From NCBI GenBank assembly GCA_041661345.1, contig JBAZUO010000005.1, forward strand, positions 3,977-67,976: a DNA stretch of 64,000 bases, written 5' to 3'. Position numbers and translations under genes: made by a program. The notes beneath the pieces are model-generated. The model made no database searches. It saw nothing but the letters and a program-made list of their open reading frames with translations, and was not told the origin of the DNA. Shown here piece after piece: positions 1-8,480 of this stretch (within the stretch, counting starts at the first letter, position 1; every line of letters begins with the position of its first letter). The stretch is from Candidatus Omnitrophota bacterium (lineage in GTDB: Bacteria; Omnitrophota; Gorgyraeia; 2-01-FULL-45-10).

Positions 1-243
1 CTTCCAGGTATTACCGCACTTTTTGCAATGAACGCAAAATGCGGATATACTCACATTTAACACTACGTTCTTATAGCCTTCATCCTCCGAGATCAATAAG
101 AACGTATCCTTCAGCCTTTCAGGGGTAACATGGCTAAAAGGACTTAAATAAACATCAACAATTATCGTTTTATTTTTATTACTTGCTCCCGCCTTCTTCT
201 TTACGCCATCGAGTATTTGATGGGCATATTTTAAGTCATGCAT
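1..243 (-). CDS. hypA: HypA-like nickel-insertion metallochaperone, first 81 codons only (C-terminus cut by window edge)
   Basis: Own translation from ATG at 243: MHDLKYAHQILDGVKKKAG...VDVYLSPFSHVTPERLKDTFLLISEDEGYKNVVLNVSISAFCVHCKKCGNTWK. The MH(D/E) start, the V.PE.L block and the first CxxC of the zinc ribbon match the HypA/HybF layout. Absent from the ORF track because it is truncated. Confidence 0.55.
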   Translation of the reverse strand, partial: MHDLKYAHQILDGVKKKAGASNKNKTIIVDVYLSPFSHVTPERLKDTFLLISEDEGYKNVVLNVSISAFCVHCKKCGNTWK

Positions 244-258
244 TATGCCTCTCCTTAG

Positions 259-1236
259 CTATAGATATTTTGATTCTCTCAAATAACCCACATAATCTTT
301 AACCGCGTCTTCAAGTATGGTAAACTTATCTCCGTACCCGGATTTTCTCAATTTGGTTATATTCGCTTCGGTAAAATACTGATACTTCGGCCTGAGGGTT
401 TCCGGCATGTTTATATACTCTATGCGGGGCGGTTTACCAAGCGCTAAAAACATGGCATTAGCAAGATCATTCCAGCTACGCGCCAGGCCGCATCCAAGAT
501 TGAATATGCCTGACTTTTCCGGGTTTTTAAAAAAATAGAGCAGGACATCCACCACATCCTTAACATATATGAAATCTCTCTTCTGCTCGCCGTTTCCATA
601 ATCACCCCGATACGACTTGAATAATCCTATACATCCTTTCTGGCTTACCTCCAGGAATTTCTTGCAGACCACACTCATCATCTCACCCTTGTGATATTCA
701 TTAGGGCCAAAGACATTAAAGAATTTAATACCTGTCATTTTTTTGTCAAAACCGTTATTTAGAACCCATATATCGAAAAGTTGTTTTGAATAACCGTACA
801 TATTTAATGGGTTCAATTTATAGATAGCCTCTTTTGAATCGTCGTAACCAAACTCGCCATCACCATATGTGGCCGCTGATGAGGCGTAAATAAATTTTGT
901 TTTATGGGCTTTCGCCCATATTGCAAGCGATTTCGAGTATTCGTAATTATTTTTTATAAAATACGCGCCGTCGGCAAACGTCGTTGAGCTGCACGCTCCC
1001 AAGTGGACTATCGTTTCGATATTTTTGATCCTGTCTTCATTCAGAATAGTTAAAAAATCGTCTTTCTGGATATAATCCAGGAATTTTTTCCCTACAAGGT
1101 TACGCCACTTTTCGGATGTGCCCAGATTGTCTACTACCACTATATTATTGATACCCTCCCGGTTCAGCTTCCACAAAAAACAACTTCCTATAAAGCCTGC
1201 GCCGCCGGTTAAAATTATCGTATTTTTCTTCATCAT
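259..1236 (-). CDS. hldD: ADP-L-glycero-D-manno-heptose 6-epimerase
   Basis: 325 aa. GGAGFIGS Rossmann motif, VVDNL, HLGACSST, YASSAATYG, YGYSK (YxxxK), FNVFGPNEYHKG, RDFIYVKD and GIFNLGCG are collinear with E. coli HldD/RfaD over the full length. Confidence 0.9.
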   Translation of the reverse strand: MMKKNTIILTGGAGFIGSCFLWKLNREGINNIVVVDNLGTSEKWRNLVGKKFLDYIQKDDFLTILNEDRIKNIETIVHLGACSSTTFADGAYFIKNNYEYSKSLAIWAKAHKTKFIYASSAATYGDGEFGYDDSKEAIYKLNPLNMYGYSKQLFDIWVLNNGFDKKMTGIKFFNVFGPNEYHKGEMMSVVCKKFLEVSQKGCIGLFKSYRGDYGNGEQKRDFIYVKDVVDVLLYFFKNPEKSGIFNLGCGLARSWNDLANAMFLALGKPPRIEYINMPETLRPKYQYFTEANITKLRKSGYGDKFTILEDAVKDYVGYLRESKYL

Positions 1237-1294
1237 CTGCCCATGCTTTCCAGTAATACTTATTTAAAAATCGTGCTACTAAATTTAAAAAAAA

Positions 1295-1708
1295 TTATAT
1301 GCCCTTTCCCGTACTCGACATCGCGAGGGTCGTATGCTTGACCCCCTTAACGGCTTTTAGGGCATCCACGAGCTTCCGGGCTTCCGCCACTATCCCTTTT
1401 ATCGCTACTATCTCAAGGCAGTTATCATGATCCAGGTGAATATGCTGGGTCGACAATATGACCTTATTGAAATCATGCTGAATATCCATGAGCTTATTTA
1501 CGAGTTCCCTTTTATGGTGGTCGTAAATCATTATGATGGCCCCGGCGACGTCTTCACCCTCAGTCCATTCCTTCTTTACCAGCTCCTGGCGCACAAGATC
1601 GGAGAAGGCTTTAGAGCGATTAGTGTGACCCTTCTCTTTCATCATTTTATCGAATTTAGTAAGGAGGTCTTTTTCCGTAGATATTCCGAATCGTACTAAT
1701 CCTGTCAT
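1295..1708 (-). CDS. nikR: Nickel-responsive repressor NikR (ribbon-helix-helix plus ACT-like Ni domain)
   Basis: 137 aa. N-terminal RHH (RFGISTEKDLLTKFD..NRSKAFSDLVR). C-terminal His/Cys metal-site pattern (YDHHKRELV...STQHIHLDHDNCLEIV) as in E. coli NikR. Confidence 0.88.
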   Translation of the reverse strand: MTGLVRFGISTEKDLLTKFDKMMKEKGHTNRSKAFSDLVRQELVKKEWTEGEDVAGAIIMIYDHHKRELVNKLMDIQHDFNKVILSTQHIHLDHDNCLEIVAIKGIVAEARKLVDALKAVKGVKHTTLAMSSTGKGI

Positions 1709-1727
1709 ATTTCATCCTGTATGGTTT

Positions 1728-1754
1728 GTGCTACTTTCTACATTATAGTAGCAC
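1728..1754 (-). promoter_or_regulatory. Candidate NikR operator: perfect dyad GTGCTAC-N13-GTAGCAC enclosing a TATAAT -10 box
   Basis: 7-bp perfect inverted repeat at 1728-1734 and 1748-1754, 20 nt upstream of the nikR ATG. On the minus strand the spacer reads TATAATGTAGAAA (TATAAT = complement of 1742-1747). The overall span resembles the E. coli NikR site GTATGA-N16-TCATAC. Confidence 0.45.
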
Positions 1755-1793
1755 TAAAAATATTTAAGTCAACGTATTTTTCATCATCCTGCT

Positions 1794-2768
1794 TTAAAAA
1801 GTATAGGTGAATGTAAAAATTATTGAATCGTTCACATCCACATTCGTCCCCGCGAGTGTCCTCTGGTAAGCGATAAGGGTCTGTATCTTTTTGTCCGACC
1901 AGCCTATTCCAGGCGAGATAAGCATCTGTCCTAAGTCTGATGCCGGCGCAAGGTAGCCGTCATACCGACTATCGCCCTGCCTGAAGAAGTTCGCTTCCAA
2001 CATGAGATTAAACCCTTTCGGCAAAAAATATTCCACGCCGAAATCATAATTAACGTAACTTCCGTATTTGACATTAACGCCATCCACTCTGGCTTCTATT
2101 GGAAAGCTATATGTAAAATCGGCATGAAATATAAAAGGCTTCGCCCTTTTGGTGAGTATAATACCGTAACCGTGCTCATAGGATCCACCCCCTGACGTAG
2201 CGCCCATCAGGTCTGTCCCAAGCTTATCTTCTTTTGCCTTCTGATATTTACCCGTGGGGATCTTAAGTTGAAAAAGAGTGGTCGCTTGAGGCAGCCAATT
2301 TGTCTCGTGGAGCGTACAGAAGCGTAAAAACAGATAAGAATCCCCGAACCCGGTCGACACTGCACGCCTGCCATCCACATGGTGCAGGTTCTGCTGGAAA
2401 ACTCCCTGAGCATCTATCTCAAGTCTTTCAGTAACGGAATACTGCGCAAAGAGAAATTCCTGATATTGCGACTTTGTCTCTTTATTCTTAAATGATTTAT
2501 AATGCCCGCCTTCGTTAAAAGTGCCGCGTGTGCGATTGTAAAAGAAAAACGGCTGAATAAGAAGCCTGCCTTTTTCACAGAGCGGGGCCGTCCACGTTGT
2601 AACCGGGCCTACGGACGGCGGATACCACTCTTCACTCTTTTTACTACAACCGTCATCGGTAAAAGAGGCACGCGCGAATCCCGTAACAATACAAATTACT
2701 AAAATAAAGACTATGGAAATTTTTCGTAAGCTTATCACATTAGGCCTTTCCCGGCTGGCTATTATCAT
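1794..2768 (-). CDS. Outer-membrane beta-barrel protein (small 'transporter'/MetA-pathway-like barrel), last gene of the zur-ABC string
   Basis: 324 aa. Hydrophobic N-terminal signal region, alternating amphipathic strand pattern, C-terminal ...IIFTFTYTF with terminal Phe typical of BAM substrates. Confidence 0.6.
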   Translation of the reverse strand: MIIASRERPNVISLRKISIVFILVICIVTGFARASFTDDGCSKKSEEWYPPSVGPVTTWTAPLCEKGRLLIQPFFFYNRTRGTFNEGGHYKSFKNKETKSQYQEFLFAQYSVTERLEIDAQGVFQQNLHHVDGRRAVSTGFGDSYLFLRFCTLHETNWLPQATTLFQLKIPTGKYQKAKEDKLGTDLMGATSGGGSYEHGYGIILTKRAKPFIFHADFTYSFPIEARVDGVNVKYGSYVNYDFGVEYFLPKGFNLMLEANFFRQGDSRYDGYLAPASDLGQMLISPGIGWSDKKIQTLIAYQRTLAGTNVDVNDSIIFTFTYTF

Positions 2769-2795
2769 ACCCTGATGATCATGCTGAACGATCGT

Positions 2796-3644
2796 TCAAC
2801 TACGCTTCGGATGCATTCTAAATAAAGCTGTGACGCAATAGAAAAAAGCGGCAAATAGCACTATGGTCGCACCGGAAGCCGTCCCCCAGTAATACGAAAC
2901 AATTAGCCCGGTTATGCCGGATAAGACGCTGACTACTATTGCCCATATTGTGTAGCTATGCATATTACGTGAAATATTCCGGGACGCCGCGGCGGGTAAT
3001 ATCAGTAAAGAATTGATTATTAAAATACCTACCAAACGTATCGATAATGTAACTACTATCGCCACGAGAACGGCAAAACTTATCTCTATTAATAAGACAT
3101 TGATCCCGCGACTGCCTGCCAGAGAAGAATTGACGCTTACTAGGGTAAGCCTATTCCCAAAGATAACCCAATAGAGTAAGACGCCTGCCGTTATTATCGC
3201 TAACACAAGGATCTGTTTTGGCGAAACCGCAAGTATATCGCCTATAAGATAAGAAGTATATTTCACGAAACCTCCGCCGCGGCTTAAAATAACTATGCCA
3301 AGCGCCACCACCATGGCGAAGAAGACGCCAAGCACTGTGTCTGATGAGCTTTGAGTCGTTCCTTTAAAAAGTACAACGGTGACCGCCAACAATATCCCCA
3401 GGGCTACCATCGATACGGTAGGATCGCTCAACCCAAGAATAACCCCTATCGCTATGCCCGTAAGCGCGGAATGCCCCAATACGTCTGAGAAGAAAGCCAT
3501 ATGTTTACTGATGACCATTGTCCCTACGAGGGCAAATATAGGGGTAATTAAAATAACTGCCAACAGGGCATTCTTCATGAAGTCATATTTTATCCAGCTA
3601 AATGGCAGCACAAATTCCATAACTTGATATAAAATTTCTATCAT
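2796..3644 (-). CDS. Metal (Zn/Mn-type) ABC transporter permease, ABC-3 family
   Basis: 282 aa polytopic membrane protein. 4-nt overlap with the upstream ATPase gene. Family resemblance to ZnuB/TroC/MntB. Confidence 0.8.
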   Translation of the reverse strand: MIEILYQVMEFVLPFSWIKYDFMKNALLAVILITPIFALVGTMVISKHMAFFSDVLGHSALTGIAIGVILGLSDPTVSMVALGILLAVTVVLFKGTTQSSSDTVLGVFFAMVVALGIVILSRGGGFVKYTSYLIGDILAVSPKQILVLAIITAGVLLYWVIFGNRLTLVSVNSSLAGSRGINVLLIEISFAVLVAIVVTLSIRLVGILIINSLLILPAAASRNISRNMHSYTIWAIVVSVLSGITGLIVSYYWGTASGATIVLFAAFFYCVTALFRMHPKRS

Positions 3645-4417
3645 GATCGCCCTTTTTCCTTCATCAATTCAGGCAGTTTCGAGATATTCCAAAGGCTGGG
3701 ACCGAGCGCCTTGATAAGCCTCTCGTCAGAAAGCATCTCCTCGGGCCTGCCACTTGCTATAATCGAATTATTAAGAAGCACCATTCGGTCCGCATGAGGC
3801 GCAACGCCTATCAGATCATGAGTAATCAGTAGAATGGTAACATCTTTTACTTTTCTTAAAGAACCCGCGATCTCGTAAAAAAGCGAAAGCCCTTTGGCAT
3901 CTACTCCGGACATCGGTTCGTCCAATAACAACAGGTCAGGTTCAGGCGTCATGGCCATAGCAAGAAGCATCCTTTGTAACTCGCCTCCGGACAACTCACC
4001 TATCCTTTTATTTAAAAGATGTTCGGCGGAAACCGCGCTTAAAGAAGATTTTATTTTCTCTTTTAAGGTAGGCTTGACTCCCAGCCAAACCGGATCATTG
4101 CTGATAGCGGTCGCGATGAAGTCCAGTACGCTGATCGGCGAGTCAAGATCATAATTTAACTTCTGGGGGACATAACCAATGCGAGGCTTTTTATCCGGTA
4201 GCCCCTTGACCTGGTAATTTATACTGCCGCTGTAAGTAATCTCTCCAAGCATGGCGCGTAATAGTGTCGTCTTCCCCGCGCCGTTAGGGCCTACTATGGC
4301 TACCAGTTCTCCGCAGTCAACATGAAGATTGATGTTCGTTAATATCGGGACGGCGCCAAAACTTACATTTAAATTTTCTATTCTTGTGCAGCAATGAACG
4401 CAAAGCTTTTGGGTCAT
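3641..4417 (-). CDS. Metal ABC transporter ATP-binding protein
   Basis: Walker A GPNGAGKT, signature LSGGELQR, Walker B LLLLDEP, H-loop ITHD. 4-nt overlaps with both neighbours. Confidence 0.88.
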   Translation of the reverse strand: MTQKLCVHCCTRIENLNVSFGAVPILTNINLHVDCGELVAIVGPNGAGKTTLLRAMLGEITYSGSINYQVKGLPDKKPRIGYVPQKLNYDLDSPISVLDFIATAISNDPVWLGVKPTLKEKIKSSLSAVSAEHLLNKRIGELSGGELQRMLLAMAMTPEPDLLLLDEPMSGVDAKGLSLFYEIAGSLRKVKDVTILLITHDLIGVAPHADRMVLLNNSIIASGRPEEMLSDERLIKALGPSLWNISKLPELMKEKGRS

Positions 4418-5334
4418 GATAAGGCCTTTTTGAGAACGGTGAGGTTCTTTTCCATTATATTAAGGTAAGCATCCGGATCATCAGAGCCCGTTACCATCGG
4501 GTCTAATACATAAACGGTCGCGCCTGTTTCTCTAGCGATAGTATCTGCGGCGGTTACCGGATACTGCGGTTCGCTAAATAATGATCTTATACCGCTGTTT
4601 TTTATCAAGTCAACCGTTTCGGCCAACTCTTTTGCGCTTGGTTCGCTGCCAGGCTCTCTTTCCACAACCGCGGCTATCTCCAAACCAAACTCCTGGGCAA
4701 AATATGGGAACGCTTCATGAAATGTGACTATCTTTTTACCTTTGAATGGAGCAAGCTCCGATTGCATACGGGATCTCAATACCTCCAGCTTGGCAACGTA
4801 AGCATCGGTATTTTTGCTATATAGATCTTTATGTTCCGGATCAAACGTTTCCATGGCTTTGCCGAGATTTTTCACCTGTAACATGGCATCCGAAATGCTT
4901 ACCCATATATGTGGATTATCGCCTTCGTTACCTTCTCCTTTGATAAGCGGTATGCCATCGGCCAGAGTCGCGATTTTAATAGACGGGTATTGCGCCACTA
5001 TTTTATTTAAAAATGATTCCATCCCTGCGCCGTTGGCAATAAATACATCCGCTCCAACCAGCTTTTTCATATCGTTCGTAGTGATCGAGTAATCGTGCAA
5101 ACACCCGGACATAGGCGGGGTGAGATTCTTTACGGTTACCCCGGGAACATCCTTGCAGATATTAATAGCCATGATATATATAGGATAGAACGATGCCACC
5201 ACATTTATTTTATTGGCATTCGCATCCGCGGCCATCGATTCGTCCCGCTCCGCGATAAAACAAGAGACGATTAACATAACAGCGATTGAAAATATCAGTA
5301 AATTATTTATGGAGGCTATCTTAGGAGCATTCAT
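4414..5334 (-). CDS. Metal ABC transporter substrate-binding protein (TroA/ZnuA cluster A-I)
   Basis: 306 aa with signal/anchor N-terminus. Motifs HDYSITTNDMKK, GDNPHIWVS, FHEAFPYFAQEFGL and EPQYP are typical of ZnuA/TroA-type binding proteins. Confidence 0.82.
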   Translation of the reverse strand: MNAPKIASINNLLIFSIAVMLIVSCFIAERDESMAADANANKINVVASFYPIYIMAINICKDVPGVTVKNLTPPMSGCLHDYSITTNDMKKLVGADVFIANGAGMESFLNKIVAQYPSIKIATLADGIPLIKGEGNEGDNPHIWVSISDAMLQVKNLGKAMETFDPEHKDLYSKNTDAYVAKLEVLRSRMQSELAPFKGKKIVTFHEAFPYFAQEFGLEIAAVVEREPGSEPSAKELAETVDLIKNSGIRSLFSEPQYPVTAADTIARETGATVYVLDPMVTGSDDPDAYLNIMEKNLTVLKKALS

Positions 5335-5734
5335 TGCAGATACCCTCCAGCTGCAAAAAATGATCGAGGATCTTAAACCCGCCTACCTTTTTTTTATTTA
5401 ATAAAAGACATTCCGAAAATTCGCCTATTTTGCCGCACTTTACGCAGACGATATGGTGATGGTGCCCGGTATCTTCCGCTGTACATAGAGCGTAATACAA
5501 TCTTCTATCAGGTTTTTGTACTTTAAGAAGAATTCCTATCTTATACAACTCATCCAAATTCCGGTAGATGGATGGAAAACTCGCTTTTTTAAATCCATTT
5601 TTTATTACGACAAATATCTCCTCGGGACTCAGGAAGCACCTCTTATCTAAAAATAGTTTTAAGATAGCTTTTCTTTTTGGGGTTTGCTTCAGCTTGTTTG
5701 TTCGCAGCTTAGCTAATAATATATCCAAAAACAT
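5321..5734 (-). CDS. Fur-family metalloregulator (Zur-like by context)
   Basis: 137 aa. Winged-helix N-terminus. Metal sites GHHHHIVCVKCGKIGEF and GICNEC (CxxC...CxxC). Overlaps the binding-protein gene by 14 nt. Confidence 0.82.
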   Translation of the reverse strand: MFLDILLAKLRTNKLKQTPKRKAILKLFLDKRCFLSPEEIFVVIKNGFKKASFPSIYRNLDELYKIGILLKVQKPDRRLYYALCTAEDTGHHHHIVCVKCGKIGEFSECLLLNKKKVGGFKILDHFLQLEGICNECS

Positions 5735-5764
5735 ACCTTTCTTATATAGAACTCGTTTCTATTT

Positions 5765-5805
5765 ATTATATCATAGGAATCCGTGATTAAAAATGATTAA
5801 TTTTC
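5765..5805 (-). promoter_or_regulatory. Candidate promoter (extended -10 TGATATAAT) with upstream A/T-rich Fur/Zur-box-like repeat
   Basis: Minus strand: GAAAATTAATCATTTTTAATCA (5805->5784, repeated TAATCA units), then TGATATAAT (5773->5765), 30 nt upstream of the fur-family ATG. The box sits where a -35 would be. Confidence 0.35.
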
Positions 5806-5817
5806 TACTAATTTCCC

Positions 5818-6183
5818 TTAATGACACCCGTGTTGCGCGCAAGCATTCTGGGCAGTTATTTCCGCCATCCCGCCCTTAATGAATTGACTGACAATATCGG
5901 CAACCGTTCCCGAAATAGCTAGATAGGCCTTAATTCCGCCTTCATTGAGCTTTTGAACCGCTCGAGCGCCCATTCCTCCGGAGACCACAGCGTCAATCTT
6001 CTTGCCCATTAACGCGTTCATCGGCTGACACATGCCATGCGAATGGTGCTGGTTTGAATTATTAATGATCTCTACGGAATCCGTCTCGGTGTCGTAAATC
6101 GTAAAATATGGCGCGCTGCCGAAATGCCCATGGACTTTGGACTCTTTCCCTTGATTCGTTTCTGTAGGTATACAAATTTTCAC
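5818..6183 (-). CDS. NifB/NifX-family (Nitro_FeMo-Co domain) cluster-binding protein
   Basis: 121 aa. HFGSAPYFTIYD...VVSGGMGARAVQKL..GIKAY is the typical dinitrogenase FeMo-cofactor-binding-like fold signature. 4-nt overlap with the DUF134 gene. Confidence 0.78.
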   Translation of the reverse strand: MKICIPTETNQGKESKVHGHFGSAPYFTIYDTETDSVEIINNSNQHHSHGMCQPMNALMGKKIDAVVSGGMGARAVQKLNEGGIKAYLAISGTVADIVSQFIKGGMAEITAQNACAQHGCH

Positions 6184-6545
6184 ACTCTCTCTCCTTTTCT
6201 ATGATAATGCATACGTGAATTCATGCAGCTATGCCTAAATCTGCTCTCCTTGCCAATAATATACACACCCCCTTCTATTTTTAACGCTTTCGCGTTTATT
6301 ATCGAATCGGCTATTTTTTTGCGGGCCGATTCAATAACATTACCGAATGTCTGCCTTGATATATCCATCTTCTTTGCGGCATCTTCCTGATACAGTCCTT
6401 CCAGGTCCGCCAGACGAATGGCTTCAAATTCATCAATAGTTAAATTTATCTCCTTCAGCACGGAAACCGGAATCCCTCTGGGTTTGAAATAATCGGATGT
6501 CGGATTTCCATAAACTCGTCTACATTTAAAAGGGCGCGACATCAT
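6180..6545 (-). CDS. DUF134 (UPF0251) putative DNA-binding protein
   Basis: 121 aa. RPFKCRRV...YFKPRGIP...LTIDEFEAIRLADLEGLYQEDAAKKMDISRQTFGNVIESARKKIA matches the DUF134 sigma-70-region-4-like HTH family, which is commonly paired with NifX-like genes. Confidence 0.78.
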   Translation of the reverse strand: MMSRPFKCRRVYGNPTSDYFKPRGIPVSVLKEINLTIDEFEAIRLADLEGLYQEDAAKKMDISRQTFGNVIESARKKIADSIINAKALKIEGGVYIIGKESRFRHSCMNSRMHYHRKGERV

Positions 6546-6555
6546 AGCTCCTTTG

Positions 6556-6600
6556 TTATTGGCATATGCTAATAATATCTCACGACTATAGGATTGTCAA
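6556..6600 (-). promoter_or_regulatory. Sigma-70-type promoter TTGACA-N17-TATTAT overlapped by near-palindrome TTATTAGCATATGCCAATAA
   Basis: Minus strand: TTGACA (6600->6595), a 17-nt spacer, TATTAT (6577->6572). The 20-nt near-dyad at 6556-6575 (2 mismatches) overlaps the -10/+1 region just upstream of the DUF134 start. Confidence 0.5.
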
Positions 6601-6685
6601 GGATTAATTAATTTTACAGTAAGTGTAAGAAGCTCAGATGCGGACGTCGATAAAAAAGCGGCGATGCCCATGACAGCTAAAACCT

Positions 6686-7444
6686 CTAGATCAAAATGAG
6701 GCTTAACGCCATTACCGCCATGCCTATTATGACGCCGAAAATAGATATGTGGTACCCGTCACTTTGGCAGGATAAAGGCAGGAGTTCATCAAAACTTATA
6801 AAGACCATGATACCGGCAACAAACGCAAGCGAAAGAGATAAGACCACCGGATTCAAGAACGGCATCAATACCAATATCGCTATGACGGCGCCTGCTGGTT
6901 CAGCAAAGCCCGACAGAAAAGAATACCAGAACGCCTTTCTTCTAGACTTGGTGGCATAGAAGATCGGCATGGCCACGGCTATCCCTTCGGGGATATTATG
7001 CAAAGCTATGGCGATAGCCAGGGCTACGCCCAATTTAATGTCCGCCATGGCGCTCATGAAGACCGCCAGGCCTTCGGGAAAATTATGTATCCCTATTCCT
7101 ATAGCGGTAAATATCCCCGCGGCCATAAGCTTTTTGTCGTGGCCGGGTGTTCTTATTTTTTCCGCTATATATTCATGGGGAATAAAAAAGTCCACCAGCA
7201 TGACCATGATAATACCGCCGAAAAAAAAGACATTTGCCTTAATGGCGCCGACAACATTGATAGCTGATGGCAAGAGCTCTACGAATGAAACATATATCAT
7301 TACCCCGCCCGACAATCCCAGGAAGAATTGAAGATAGCTTTTCTTAAAATCCCGGACGAAGAAAGTGATAAGGCTGCCCACTACCGTAAATAAGCCGGCG
7401 GCGAAGGCCAATAGTAGCGGCAACCATATCTTTGTGTTATACAT
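6686..7444 (-). CDS. zupT: ZIP-family zinc transporter ZupT
   Basis: 252 aa, 8 TM. Paired HNFPEGLAV / HNIPEGIAV metal-binding helices are characteristic of ZupT/ZIP. Confidence 0.85.
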   Translation of the reverse strand: MYNTKIWLPLLLAFAAGLFTVVGSLITFFVRDFKKSYLQFFLGLSGGVMIYVSFVELLPSAINVVGAIKANVFFFGGIIMVMLVDFFIPHEYIAEKIRTPGHDKKLMAAGIFTAIGIGIHNFPEGLAVFMSAMADIKLGVALAIAIALHNIPEGIAVAMPIFYATKSRRKAFWYSFLSGFAEPAGAVIAILVLMPFLNPVVLSLSLAFVAGIMVFISFDELLPLSCQSDGYHISIFGVIIGMAVMALSLILI

Positions 7445-7451
7445 ATGTTAT

Positions 7452-8468
7452 TTATTCCGGATTTTTATAATAATTCGCGCGGACGTCATGCTCGTCCTCT
7501 ATTTCGCCGACGATCTCTTCCACGAGGTCTTCAAGCGTAACAAGCCCTTCGATGCTGCCTTTCGGGCCGGTCACGAGCGCAAGATGGGTATGCCCTTTCT
7601 GAAATTCCTTCAACAGCTCGGATACCTTTTTCGTATCGGGGAAAAATACCGGAGGGTAGATTATGTCCTGCAGCACCACCAGCCCTTTGCTGGCCGAAAG
7701 GCTTAAGAGGTCCTTCATATTTATTATTCCGATGATATTGTCGGGGTTTTCCCTATAAACCGGAAGCCTCGAATACCCTGATTCCACCACCTTTTCCAAT
7801 ATATCCTCTATCGAGGCGCTTACATCAATGGATATCATATTCTTCTTAGGTGTCATCACATCCTTGACCACTGCATCGCTGAAATCGAAGACCTTCGAGA
7901 GCATTTTATATTTCTCTCTATGGACTGCGTTTTCTTCGGCGCTTATTTTTATAAGAGCCTTCAATTCCTCATCCGTTATGAGCGTTGGTTTCGACGGCAC
8001 CTGGCTGCTCACAACTTTCAATATGGCATTGGTGATATGAACAAGCCCTCTTACAAGCGGTGAAAGGATCGTTATCAGGCCGCTGACCGGCCTAGCGAGG
8101 ATAAGAGACATCTTCTCGGAGTGTGTCGCGGCTAGGGTCTTTGCCACAACCTCGAATACTATTATCAAAAGCGACGCTATGATCGTCGCCAGGATTATCC
8201 CCTTATTGCTGTCTCCCATGGCAGCAACCATCGTGACCGTTACTATCGCGGCAAGCAGTGTGTCGACGATATTATTTACAACGAGGATCGTACTGAAGAA
8301 CCTCTCCGGCGTCTCCAGCATCTTCAGGACCATGCGGGCCGATTTGGAGCCGCCTGCAGCTATCCTGCGAAGCTTTATCCTGGAGACCGCTATTATAGAT
8401 ATTTCGGATGCAGCGGTGAGAGCCGCAACCATCAGTAGTATGATTATAGCTATTATCGATAACAGCAT
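7452..8468 (-). CDS. CNNM/DUF21 membrane domain plus CBS-pair protein (HlyC/CorC-family transporter lacking the C-terminal CorC domain)
   Basis: 338 aa. N-terminal 4-TM DUF21 region, then a CBS pair (VMTPKKNMISIDV...IIGIINMKDLL...SIEGLVTLEDLVEEIVGEIEDE). Confidence 0.8.
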   Translation of the reverse strand: MLLSIIAIIILLMVAALTAASEISIIAVSRIKLRRIAAGGSKSARMVLKMLETPERFFSTILVVNNIVDTLLAAIVTVTMVAAMGDSNKGIILATIIASLLIIVFEVVAKTLAATHSEKMSLILARPVSGLITILSPLVRGLVHITNAILKVVSSQVPSKPTLITDEELKALIKISAEENAVHREKYKMLSKVFDFSDAVVKDVMTPKKNMISIDVSASIEDILEKVVESGYSRLPVYRENPDNIIGIINMKDLLSLSASKGLVVLQDIIYPPVFFPDTKKVSELLKEFQKGHTHLALVTGPKGSIEGLVTLEDLVEEIVGEIEDEHDVRANYYKNPE

Positions 8469-8480
8469 GATCTTTCCTTA

